A stretch of 64,000 bases of DNA from a virus (Duplodnaviria; Caudoviricetes). A model generated the notes under the pieces. That model did no database searches and had not been told where the DNA came from. It worked only from the letters and a program-made list of their open reading frames with translations. The position numbers and the translations under genes were made by a program. Shown here one piece after another: positions 35,900 through 43,972 of the stretch. Each line of letters begins with the position of its first letter. Positions within the stretch are counted from its first letter, which is position 1. The stretch lies in the IMG/VR virus record IMGVR_UViG_3300050011_000061, positions 7,921-71,920 of that record, one strand, 5' to 3'.

Positions 35900-36888
35900 T
35901 CATCTCCAAGACCCCATTCCGCATCTCGCTTTTCGGAGGTGGCTCCGACTATCCCGCTCACTTCAAGGAGCATGGTGGCGCGGTGCTGGGCTTTGCCATC
36001 GATAAGTACTGCTGGATCACAGTACGTCGACTGCCTCCCTTTTTCTCACACAAATCCAGGATCGCCTACACTAAGATTGAACTGGTCAAGGACAACGCCG
36101 ATATCGTTCACCCATCAGTCAAGGCTGTTCTCCAAACTCTCGACGCTAAGCAGGGGCTGGAGATCCACCACGACGCCGACATCCCGGCCAAGTCTGGCAT
36201 GGGATCGTCCTCGGCCTTTACGGTAGGGCTGCTCCACGCCATGGCCGCGCTCAACGGGGCCATGATCACCAAGCGGGAGCTGGCCGACCGGGCCATCCAC
36301 GTCGAGCAGGAAGTCATCAGGGAGAACGTCGGCTGCCAGGACCAGATCTGGGCGGCCTACGGCGGCCTCAACAAGATCGAGTTCTACCCAGACCGCGCCT
36401 ACTCGGTGCAGCCAGTCATTCTAAAGGAAGAGCGGCGCAAGGAGTTCGAGGCGTCGCTGGCGTTGTACTTCACCGGTTTCTCGCGCATCGCCAGTGAGGT
36501 GGCGGGTGCCCAGATAGCGCGTGCCAAGGTCAATGCCGGTCGCTTGCTGGTTATGCAGAAGATGGTAGACGACGGTCTTGGGCTACTGGCATCCGACGCA
36601 CCGCTGAGCTACTTAGGAGAGATGCTGCACCACTCGTGGATGTTCAAGCGCGAATTGGCGCCCAACATATCTGATGCAAAGATAGACGAGATCTACCAGA
36701 CCGGTCTGGCCGCGGGGGCCTGGGGCGGCAAGCTGCTGGGGGCCGGAGCTGGCGGCTTCATGCTGTTCATGGTGGGGCCAGGCGAGCGGGCTAAATTACG
36801 CGAGGCTATGCGTGGCTTAATTGAGGTAGGCGTGCGGATCGACGATGATGGTTCTAAAATAGTACTGTATCAACCGAATGGGTTGTGA
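35896..36888 (+). CDS. GHMP kinase, HddA-like (D-glycero-D-manno-heptose 7-phosphate kinase family)
   Basis: TPFRISLFGGGSD, PAKSGMGSSSA, G.QDQ, GGKLLGAGAGG. Confidence 0.88.
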   Translation: MIISKTPFRISLFGGGSDYPAHFKEHGGAVLGFAIDKYCWITVRRLPPFFSHKSRIAYTKIELVKDNADIVHPSVKAVLQTLDAKQGLEIHHDADIPAKSGMGSSSAFTVGLLHAMAALNGAMITKRELADRAIHVEQEVIRENVGCQDQIWAAYGGLNKIEFYPDRAYSVQPVILKEERRKEFEASLALYFTGFSRIASEVAGAQIARAKVNAGRLLVMQKMVDDGLGLLASDAPLSYLGEMLHHSWMFKRELAPNISDAKIDEIYQTGLAAGAWGGKLLGAGAGGFMLFMVGPGERAKLREAMRGLIEVGVRIDDDGSKIVLYQPNGL

Positions 36889-37118
36889 ACAGCGTTAAAG
36901 TGAGCTACGATATCTACGGAATAGGGAACATGACCCGCGACGAGCAGCACGCCGTTTGGATAGTTTTATCGAAGCAAATCGATGCGCTTCGTCCGCGAGT
37001 TAATGCTGCTTATGACGTTTGGAATAAATCCTGCACTGAACTTGATAAGCTGGAACGCGAACGAAGCAGACTTTGGCGTGAATGGGTCGATGAATTCAGC
37101 GAAAGTATTGCTCAGTAA
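36885..37118 (+). CDS. Hypothetical protein
   Basis: Coupled ORF ending in the first array site. Confidence 0.6.
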   Translation: MNSVKVSYDIYGIGNMTRDEQHAVWIVLSKQIDALRPRVNAAYDVWNKSCTELDKLERERSRLWREWVDEFSESIAQ

Positions 37119-37139
37119 CGGGACATTAGGGAGGCTGAC

Positions 37140-37328
37140 TTGGGAAGCGTTTGGGACGATACGCTTTGGTATCACCAACAAGAGCGGGAACGGTGGAGCA
37201 AGGAACGAGAGAAGTTGCGGGGCGCCCTAAAGGCTATTGATAAGCTGGCCGTGTCTCACCAAAAGGGCGCAATCGGAGAAGCTCAAAAAATAGCTCGCGC
37301 TGGGTTAAGGGAAACAGAACCCCAGTAA
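37140..37328 (+). CDS. Array gene, hypothetical
   Basis: TTG start after the site SD; stop in the next site. Confidence 0.65.
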   Translation: MGSVWDDTLWYHQQERERWSKEREKLRGALKAIDKLAVSHQKGAIGEAQKIARAGLRETEPQ

Positions 37329-37349
37329 TACGGAAACATGGAGGCTGAC

Positions 37350-37535
37350 TTGGCAAAAAAGAAAAAACCATCGACGCTATACATACCCGTCAAAGATTAC
37401 GGCGATGAATGGATCAACCGGCTCGCTGCGGTTTGTGTGCTTCTAGGAAAAATGAGCGGTGATGAACGGGTAGCCTGTCTTGGATTTCTACAAGGCAAAT
37501 ATAACGCCGACTGGCCGCGCGATGCTGAATATTAG
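37350..37535 (+). CDS. Array gene, hypothetical
   Basis: TTG start after GGAGG of the site. Confidence 0.6.
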   Translation: MAKKKKPSTLYIPVKDYGDEWINRLAAVCVLLGKMSGDERVACLGFLQGKYNADWPRDAEY

Positions 37536-37572
37536 AAGCGAACCACTGAATTGACAGAATATGGAGGTTGAC

Positions 37573-37854
37573 TTGAGCAAAATTTATCTCGTTCAAGGAA
37601 ATTGCGGCGAATATAGCGATTACCGAGAATGGGTCATCTGCGCCTATCGTGATGAAGCGATGGCTAAGGATCATGCAGTCCGTGCAAAACAGTGGCTTCA
37701 GCAGAATGTCACTAACGACACGCCTTATGACGAGCGCGATGAAATGAAAAATCCTTACGATTGTGCCGAGGACTATAGTTATGGGGCCGACCCTCAAACT
37801 AGTTGGACCGCCTACGGTGTCGAAATAAGGAAGTCTCTGCCGAAAGAAAAATGA
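37573..37854 (+). CDS. Array gene, hypothetical (IYLV.G..GEYSD family)
   Basis: TTG start after GGAGG; KIYLVQGNCGEYSD...W...AY..E..A. Confidence 0.7.
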   Translation: MSKIYLVQGNCGEYSDYREWVICAYRDEAMAKDHAVRAKQWLQQNVTNDTPYDERDEMKNPYDCAEDYSYGADPQTSWTAYGVEIRKSLPKEK

Positions 37855-37886
37855 ACCCCGGTAACGACTGAACATGGAGGTTAAAA

Positions 37887-38072
37887 ATGGCATTAATCCT
37901 AGGCGGCATAGTTGCCATCGGGACCGTTGTGGTTCTGGTTCTTATCATCGGAGCCGACATGATGAGCGATAATCCATCGGCGTCAATTTCGCCAGTTCCA
38001 ACTGCTGTCATAGGCTTTGGTCTTGCCGCAATTTTAATAGCAAGCCACTGGGGTCCTCATATTGGGTGGTGA
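37887..38072 (+). CDS. Array gene, 2-TM membrane protein
   Basis: Two hydrophobic helices. Confidence 0.65.
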   Translation: MALILGGIVAIGTVVVLVLIIGADMMSDNPSASISPVPTAVIGFGLAAILIASHWGPHIGW

Positions 38073-38103
38073 GCCACCATAACGTCGCGATAGGGATGCT
38101 GAG

Positions 38104-38385
38104 ATGAAACTAGACGAAGCCCACAAGAAGGTTCTTGCTGCGCTAACTGAAAGCTACAGCAGTTACGAGGACTTTTGTTTTGTGGGGTTTGCCACCGTCT
38201 GCGAAAGGACAGGTCTAGACCGAAAACAGGTACGCCGATCCTGCCGATTTTTGAAGCGCAAGGGATTGGCCACGTTTGGGCAAGGATTATGGACAGAGGC
38301 CGGTGAACCGGCTGGTAGTGGGTATGCGGCGACGAAAGACGGCGCTGCATTAGTAGAGGCGGAAACTGGAATGCAGCATTTATGA
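38104..38385 (+). CDS. Array gene, winged-helix-like protein
   Basis: F..V.ERTGLDRKQVRRSCR.LKRKGLA....GL. Confidence 0.65.
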   Translation: MKLDEAHKKVLAALTESYSSYEDFCFVGFATVCERTGLDRKQVRRSCRFLKRKGLATFGQGLWTEAGEPAGSGYAATKDGAALVEAETGMQHL

Positions 38386-38504
38386 CAGAAGGCACGATGG
38401 TCAATTCTGCTATGGGCGAGTGGGGACTGCACAACCTTCGCATATTGGTGTTTGCGATGGCGCCGCAGATCGCGTTTTGGGGACATGAAATTTAGGAGAG
38501 TGGT

Positions 38505-38840
38505 ATGGTCAAAGAAGCCAAAATGACAGCAACGGAACACACGCTGCCACCGCTCAACATATCGACGCCAGAGGCGGCGAGGAAGTCGGCTGCCAATCTT
38601 TGGAGTTGGAGAGACGGTGTTCGCGTTTACAATCGCGTTCTTTCCACCGCAGAAATAGTCGCAATCTATAATCAAGGCTATGAACTATATCACACAGAAA
38701 TAACAGACGACCTGAATCATCAACTTGATCGGGTATATCTGGATTTACTCGCCTTCACCTCACCCAACGCCCATGAAAGCGCAGCACTCCGCGAAGCCGC
38801 GCTGGCAGACATAGAAAAGTTGAAGGAAATGCTGGCATGA
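38505..38840 (+). CDS. Array gene, hypothetical with LamG-like fragment
   Basis: DGVRVYNRVLSTAEIVAIYNQG. Confidence 0.6.
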   Translation: MVKEAKMTATEHTLPPLNISTPEAARKSAANLWSWRDGVRVYNRVLSTAEIVAIYNQGYELYHTEITDDLNHQLDRVYLDLLAFTSPNAHESAALREAALADIEKLKEMLA

Positions 38841-39070
38841 CTTGGCAACCGATTGAGACGGCACCGAAGGATGGCAGCCTGATAGTATTGGCAGATTATT
38901 CCGGCTTCCGCGAACGCGGTAAAGATGGAATGTGGATTGCTACTGGGTGCTGGCTGGCCCCGGAAAGTGATCTTGAGAAAGGACGATGGTGGGATCGGAT
39001 AGAATATCTTTACACACCCACTCACTGGATGCCTCTACCAGAACCGCCAATGCTCAGTGAACCACCATAA
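38837..39070 (+). CDS. DUF551-like protein
   Basis: WQPIETAPKDG...PTHWMPLPEPP. Confidence 0.8.
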   Translation: MTWQPIETAPKDGSLIVLADYSGFRERGKDGMWIATGCWLAPESDLEKGRWWDRIEYLYTPTHWMPLPEPPMLSEPP

Positions 39071-39132
39071 CCAAATACAAGCGACGTAGCGTTGATTTCA
39101 TTGGGTTTGGGGTGGCGTAGATAGGAGCGACC

Positions 39133-39336
39133 ATGCTTCATCGCGGGCTGCATGTCTGGTCACTCAAGCGCTACTGCGTGACAGTCATGGACTGTTGGAC
39201 GCCGCTGCGACTGTTCTGGACAAGGGATGCGGCAATCCGCTGGCGCGATAAGATCGGTAAGGCTGCCAACGCCTACAGATGGCATAGTAACATTAAGACC
39301 TGGATTGAAATGTCCCGCGATTGGGACGAACAATAA
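39133..39336 (+). CDS. Array gene, hypothetical
   Basis: AGGAG SD; Trp-rich ORF. Confidence 0.55.
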   Translation: MLHRGLHVWSLKRYCVTVMDCWTPLRLFWTRDAAIRWRDKIGKAANAYRWHSNIKTWIEMSRDWDEQ

Positions 39337-39376
39337 TGAATCGACGCTCAGTAACCAGTGGTTATGGAGGTTGATT

Positions 39377-39493
39377 ATGCAACGGATGAAACGATGGTTT
39401 TATTGGCGCGTAATTTGGCTGAATGACCGAACCAATGGCCGGTATTCTCGCCTTCAATCGAGACTTTGGGTAGCCGGCTGGGGCGACTACTAA
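39377..39493 (+). CDS. Array gene, small hypothetical (38 aa)
   Basis: ATG after the site SD. Confidence 0.5.
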   Translation: MQRMKRWFYWRVIWLNDRTNGRYSRLQSRLWVAGWGDY

Positions 39494-39497
39494 TCAA

Positions 39498-39716
39498 GTG
39501 ACACCCATAGAGGAGAGGACAGGGAACGTGACCCAATTTGACCCGGACTGTGACCACATAGGCGATCTGATCGAGAGCATCCCGCCGCCGACCGAGCAGC
39601 AAATCAAAGTAGGGATGCTCGCCATTGATTATTACTACGACGGCAAAAAGGACCCTGACTTTGAAGGATCGGTAGCCTCGGTCTATCGAGCCATGAAGGC
39701 GCTAGAGCCAAAATGA
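39498..39716 (+). CDS. Array gene, hypothetical
   Basis: C-terminal V.SVYRAM.AL motif frequent in small phage proteins. Confidence 0.55.
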   Translation: MTPIEERTGNVTQFDPDCDHIGDLIESIPPPTEQQIKVGMLAIDYYYDGKKDPDFEGSVASVYRAMKALEPK

Positions 39717-39799
39717 ACCACTATGATGGCTAGACACCGAGCATTATTACATGGTGGCAAAAGCTAATGTCGATTTTTTCGACCGATTAGGAGGTTGAC

Positions 39800-40024
39800 T
39801 TGTTTCTGAAAATTCTATTCGGCATCAACATTGTCCTAGCTTGGATAATTTCGCATGGGGGCGCGTTCGCGGACGGATGCAAACCAATGTGGAGATGGCC
39901 GCGACCTGCTGGCGCGCCGGAATGGGATACAGACTTTAATGGACGCTGGCGGATGTACTTTACTTGGATTGCGACGATCATGGACGTGACGATAGCGGCG
40001 TTGCTGATACGCCACTTTGTATGA
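39800..40024 (+). CDS. Array gene, 2-TM membrane protein
   Basis: TTG start after AGGAGGTTGAC. Confidence 0.6.
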   Translation: MFLKILFGINIVLAWIISHGGAFADGCKPMWRWPRPAGAPEWDTDFNGRWRMYFTWIATIMDVTIAALLIRHFV

Positions 40025-40147
40025 ACATCGCAATGCAGCGGGTATTCGGAAGTTATGGCTGTGAAGGGGTCGCACCCCGGACGCAAGACCCATAGAGGGT
40101 GCAGCCGCCAGAATGAAGCCGGATAAGCAGCGGATAGGGAGACTTAA

Positions 40148-40360
40148 ATGAGCGAATGGCAGCCGATTGAGACAGCGCCTAAAGATGGAACCGTCGTTAG
40201 GCTTTATATTCCCGGCCATCCCGAGTTAGAGGGCATGACAGGGCGGTGGGATATGTTTTATAAAGATTGGGCAGCTCATCCTATGCCGATGACGCTTGGT
40301 AAAGAGAAGTCAGTACCAGATCCAATTTATTGGATGCCATTACCAGAGCCGCCAAAGTAA
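40148..40360 (+). CDS. DUF551-like protein (second paralogue)
   Basis: WQPIETAPKDG...P.YWMPLPEPP. Confidence 0.8.
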   Translation: MSEWQPIETAPKDGTVVRLYIPGHPELEGMTGRWDMFYKDWAAHPMPMTLGKEKSVPDPIYWMPLPEPPK

Positions 40361-40391
40361 CCCGCCATATCATCACAACTAGGAGGTTAAC

Positions 40392-40553
40392 TTGCAGGAG
40401 GAGACACTAACTACGGTGAGAGGAGAACTAGATCGCTTGCAATCTTGCGCGCGGATAATTGCTGCCAAACTATCGAAGCGCGCTGAGGCTTCTCCGCCGG
40501 CCACCCGTGAATTTCTCCGTCAACTCGCCAACGAATTGCTAGAATCGCTTTAA
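40392..40553 (+). CDS. Array gene, small helical protein (53 aa)
   Basis: Read manually: TTG start after AGGAGGTTAAC; MQEETLTTVRGELDRLQ... Confidence 0.5.
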   Translation: MQEETLTTVRGELDRLQSCARIIAAKLSKRAEASPPATREFLRQLANELLESL

Positions 40554-40607
40554 GCCGAGCGATTCTAGCAAAATGACCCACATAATTACCTGAATATGGA
40601 GGCTGCC

Positions 40608-40904
40608 GTGGAACTAGATCGAGAAGTAGAAGTTGTGGCGGATGCCCTAATGCGCGGCATGTTTGCACCTCACGAGCTTCCGCTGGATCACGATCTGGAA
40701 CAGAAATATAGAAAGCTTGCCGTCGCGGCTATAGAGGCGCTTCGCAGTTTAGAGGAAACCGCCGACGAGATCGAGCGGCTGCGGGCGGCGCTCCTGCTGG
40801 CTAAGGTTGCGCTTTACAATCCGTTTGAACCAAACAATCAATCAAATACCTACAAGCACATAGAGGCGGCGCTCGGTAATGATCAGATAGGGATGGAGGA
40901 TTGA
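40608..40904 (+). CDS. Array gene, hypothetical
   Basis: GTG start after the site SD; ADEIERLRAAL motif. Confidence 0.6.
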   Translation: MELDREVEVVADALMRGMFAPHELPLDHDLEQKYRKLAVAAIEALRSLEETADEIERLRAALLLAKVALYNPFEPNNQSNTYKHIEAALGNDQIGMED

Positions 40905-40905
40905 A

Positions 40906-41283
40906 ATGGCCGAATGGGATTTTCCAAAATACCGCGAACGTCCGACGCGATATAATCGTCATGAAGTAGTTCTTGTTGATGCCGAGAAGTATGATTCCGG
41001 ATTCCCGCAAGATGAGAACGCGCACGATTTTATCAAATGGTTAAATGATTTGATCGAGGAGGCCCCTGTTGAGTTTAGGGATTCAGTTTACATCGCATTA
41101 GATAGCGCAAGCGGCTATGAGGGCTCTCACTATGCCACTGTGAAGGTCGCTTATTTCAGGCCTGAGACTGATGAGGAATTGGGAGCAAGGATAGCTGAAT
41201 ATGAGCGTGTCAAGGCGGCAAAGGACGCTTATGACCGAGCTGAATTTCATCGCTTACAGCATAAGTTCAGCGAACATCAGTAA
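40906..41283 (+). CDS. Array gene, hypothetical
   Basis: GGAGG SD; Y.RPETDEE...E..RL..KF; stop lies in the last site. Confidence 0.7.
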   Translation: MAEWDFPKYRERPTRYNRHEVVLVDAEKYDSGFPQDENAHDFIKWLNDLIEEAPVEFRDSVYIALDSASGYEGSHYATVKVAYFRPETDEELGARIAEYERVKAAKDAYDRAEFHRLQHKFSEHQ

Positions 41284-41336
41284 TAAGCGAATATGGAGGC
41301 TGACAATGACAATGCTCATCCGTCGACTAAGAAAAC

Positions 41337-41367
41337 AAAAAAGCCCCAGCTCTTTCAAGCCGGGGCC
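41337..41367 (-). terminator. Rho-independent terminator of the leftward late operon
   Basis: Minus strand GCCCCGGCTT-GAA-AGAGCTGGGGC followed by TTTTTT, at the convergence point. Confidence 0.6.
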
Positions 41368-41440
41368 AAGTCGTCAGGGAGGTGCCCGCCGGGTGAGTAA
41401 AGCCCGACGTGCAGGTGGAAGGGCAACGGTGCCCTAATTT

Positions 41441-41932
41441 CTATCCATGAGGGTTAACAACGTGGAAGCCGCGTAAGCTGACTACGTGTATCCTTGTTCG
41501 GCCGTGCCCGCTGTTGGGGTCGTAGGCCAACACCTCGCCGTCGCCCAGCACTTCCTCAATGGCGAACACGTGCCCCCAGCGCCATGCGGCCATGCCGCGA
41601 GCTGGTGCCGCCGGAGGGAAGCGCCGCCAGTTGGCAGCTAGGTTCAGCTCCGGGATTATACGTCCGAAGATATGTAGCGAGGTGCCACAGCCGCAGAAGG
41701 CGTGCGGGCAGCCACGCGGCCTACCGCCGACGATAGATTCAACGGCACGCTCGATGTGCCTAACGGTTTCTCTCACAATCCTGGTAGGTGCGCGGTAGGT
41801 AGCCCGATCGTTACAGCCATATTGATTGCAAGTTATTGTTGCCTGACTGAGGTGATGTTTTGCTTCTGCCGGGCTGGCCAGAAGAACTGCGATGACAGTA
41901 GCGGCGAGTGCCGCCGTGATCTTAAACTTCAC
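41441..41932 (-). CDS. Secreted CHAP/NlpC-like Cys-His protein
   Basis: Signal peptide; FCGC...LA.NW...PA.GM.A....GHV...D.NSG. Confidence 0.65.
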   Translation of the reverse strand: MKFKITAALAATVIAVLLASPAEAKHHLSQATITCNQYGCNDRATYRAPTRIVRETVRHIERAVESIVGGRPRGCPHAFCGCGTSLHIFGRIIPELNLAANWRRFPPAAPARGMAAWRWGHVFAIEEVLGDGEVLAYDPNSGHGRTRIHVVSLRGFHVVNPHG

Positions 41933-42097
41933 GGTAGTCTCCTTCGTTGATTTCAGGGCAAGTTCTCTGTCCCGCCTCCTAGGGGGATTGTACTAATGAA
42001 GCTGGCAGCAATTCCAGATGCCGGCATAATAAAGCCCGATCGCGCTCACCAGAACGATGAGCGCGATCAAGAGCATTGCGCCTTGGTTGGAGAACAT

Positions 42098-42277
42098 TTA
42101 GGCGTGAACTACTGGCCCAAACACCTGCCAGCCGAGCAGACTGAACAGAACGAACTCAATCACGCCGCCGCCTGCGAAGCGCATGGCCATCGGACCGCCG
42201 ACGCCGCCGAAGTTGATGCCGAGCCACACAAGAACGCAGACGACCCAGATAACCCAAAATAACAAACCACGGGACAT
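42098..42277 (-). CDS. Small 2-TM membrane protein (59 aa)
   Basis: Read manually: MSRGLLFWVIWVVCVLVWLG...FVLFSLLGWQVFGPVVHA; AAGGAGG SD. Confidence 0.65.
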   Translation of the reverse strand: MSRGLLFWVIWVVCVLVWLGINFGGVGGPMAMRFAGGGVIEFVLFSLLGWQVFGPVVHA

Positions 42278-42328
42278 AGTAGCCTCCTTGTTGTTAGAAC
42301 CTTCTAAGCGAGGAAGAATAACGCCAGA

Positions 42329-42685
42329 CTACGGAGTAGGAGCCGGCGGGGCGACAGGTGGCGCCGGGGGCGGGGGCGTCAGCGCAGCCGCGGCAGCGGT
42401 CATTGCCTGGGTGGCTGCGGTTACCTTGGCGTCGGCAGCATCAATGGCCGGGTCCGGGCTCGCCGCTTGGGCAGCGGCGAGCGCCGCTGTGATTTCCGCA
42501 ACGCCGGCAGCGATGAGTGCCGCGACGTCGGCAGTGTACTTGTCGATCTGTGTTTGGGTAGCCATTTGGAATTTCTCCTGATTGTTTATGATAGGGGCGA
42601 GCATGTGGTATAATTCGACAACCGCAGGGCTTGCCCCGTCCAGCGGATTGGCTTTGTGATGATGCTCGTAGCCGAATAGTTGCAT
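42329..42685 (-). CDS. Ala-rich helical hypothetical protein
   Basis: ORF in the lysis region; Pro-rich tail. Confidence 0.6.
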   Translation of the reverse strand: MQLFGYEHHHKANPLDGASPAVVELYHMLAPIINNQEKFQMATQTQIDKYTADVAALIAAGVAEITAALAAAQAASPDPAIDAADAKVTAATQAMTAAAAALTPPPPAPPVAPPAPTP

Positions 42686-42690
42686 GGGGC

Positions 42691-42963
42691 TTATTTCATT
42701 GGAAGGTGATACATTAGCGCAACTATGACGGATACAATAAAGCTTCCAACCATACCGGCAGCGGCCCCCCACATGCTTGCCTTCAACTTGAGCGTTAAGA
42801 CATCGGCCTCGAGCCTAGAGATAGCTTTCCTTTGATCGCGATCTCGCGACTCCAGCTTGGTATCTAGATTGATAATAGTCTGATTCAATCGTACCAACTC
42901 AGCAAGCACGAGCCGCCGGTACTCCGGCCAGCTCTCCATCTGACCTTCCGAAATATCACTCAT
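42691..42963 (-). CDS. Coiled-coil protein with C-terminal TM (holin/XhlA-like)
   Basis: W.EYRRLVLAEL.RL...LKLKASMWG plus TM helix. Confidence 0.6.
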   Translation of the reverse strand: MSDISEGQMESWPEYRRLVLAELVRLNQTIINLDTKLESRDRDQRKAISRLEADVLTLKLKASMWGAAAGMVGSFIVSVIVALMYHLPMK

Positions 42964-43498
42964 CGATTTGTTTCTCTCTGACTACTGCCAAAATGAAGGT
43001 GGAGTTTAAGACCAAGATAGTGGTCAGGCTTATGTCGAGAGAAACTTCAGATTTGTCTTTGCGAACGCCACGTATATCTAACCCTGTTCCCATCTTGCGG
43101 GAGATCGGGTTCTCTGAAAACTTATTAACGTGTAGTGTGTGCGTAGCCTGGCAATCTTGCGGCACCAAAGTATTTAGTTGCTGACCGTCTAGTTCTCGTC
43201 TGGAATAGCCAAAGAGTCGCTCGGTTTCCTTGTTAATCAGTCTAATAGTCATGCTTGTGTCAATGAGCAAAATGCCGTCCGGCATCTCGTCGAGAACGTG
43301 AATCGATAATTCAGGGTCTGATAGACTTTCTGAGATTTCTCGGATGCGCTTAATGTTGAATTCGCTATTTGTTTCTAACTGCTTCGCCTTCTCCAGAACC
43401 AGGAGCGCCGCTTCTCTCGCTTCCTCTAGCCGACTAGCTGCTTCAACCGCGACATCAACTATTGTCTGAGCAGCAATTTTGTCAGTTCCTAAACTCAT
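42956..43498 (-). CDS. Stand-alone PAS-domain protein (FixL-like)
   Basis: MPDGILLID..., N.ETERLFGYS..EL.GQ.LN.LVP...H, G.RKD.SE...DISL. Confidence 0.85.
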   Translation of the reverse strand: MSLGTDKIAAQTIVDVAVEAASRLEEAREAALLVLEKAKQLETNSEFNIKRIREISESLSDPELSIHVLDEMPDGILLIDTSMTIRLINKETERLFGYSRRELDGQQLNTLVPQDCQATHTLHVNKFSENPISRKMGTGLDIRGVRKDKSEVSLDISLTTILVLNSTFILAVVREKQIDE

Positions 43499-43555
43499 TG
43501 TTTAAATACCTCCTGAACCTTCATCGTATCGGACCGCCAATCCAAGGCGTCGAGA

Positions 43556-43969
43556 TCATTTGCTGAGCTTCTCATTGAATAACGATTTGTCCTTCTCATC
43601 AAGAGTCTTCAATTCACTCTTAACGCGATCAACGCGCGATTGAACCAATGCTCGATACTGCGGAAGATGTTTAGCTTGCTCGCTCTGCAACTCAAGTTCC
43701 CGCTTAGGAACCTCGTCAAGCAGCCGCTGACGCTTCTCGGAGTTCTGGTTTAGTTGGACCTCGATGATACGTTCAAGCAACGGCTGGTGCATGTCGTCAC
43801 GAACGTAACCGCGGCTCGCATACCACCACGGCTCAATAATTGGAGCAGCCTTTGCCACGCCGACTACTGCGCCAGTAATGGCGGCAATCAAGCCACAAAT
43901 TGTGACTGTTTTGCGACGCCAAGTACTCCACGCGATCCCAACAATCCCACCAATAACGGTTGGTGTCAT
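43556..43969 (-). CDS. Membrane-anchored coiled-coil protein
   Basis: N-terminal TM segments and C-terminal coiled coil. Confidence 0.6.
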   Translation of the reverse strand: MTPTVIGGIVGIAWSTWRRKTVTICGLIAAITGAVVGVAKAAPIIEPWWYASRGYVRDDMHQPLLERIIEVQLNQNSEKRQRLLDEVPKRELELQSEQAKHLPQYRALVQSRVDRVKSELKTLDEKDKSLFNEKLSK

Positions 43970-43972
43970 AGT

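Larger units (their letters stand above)
37107..41302 (+). repeat. Dispersed 31-bp imperfect palindromes (consensus about GAACCMCMRTAA-N7-WYAKGGAGGYTG) at gene junctions
   Basis: Copies start at 37107, 37317, 37540, 37853, 38071, 39343, 40115, 40359, 40575, 40868, 41272; degenerate ones at 39059, 39500, 39715, 40023; fixed 12+7+12 geometry. Confidence 0.8.

Noticed and set aside
29046-36888. Host chromosomal DNA flanking a prophage
   Set aside because: The enzymes are interleaved and translationally coupled with phage-type small genes, and phage modules lie on both sides.
37107-41302. CRISPR array or classical attC integron
   Set aside because: Repeats are degenerate and separated by whole genes. 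They are 31 bp and lack the long attC hairpin with RYYYAAC/GTTRRRY ends. No cas or intI gene is seen.
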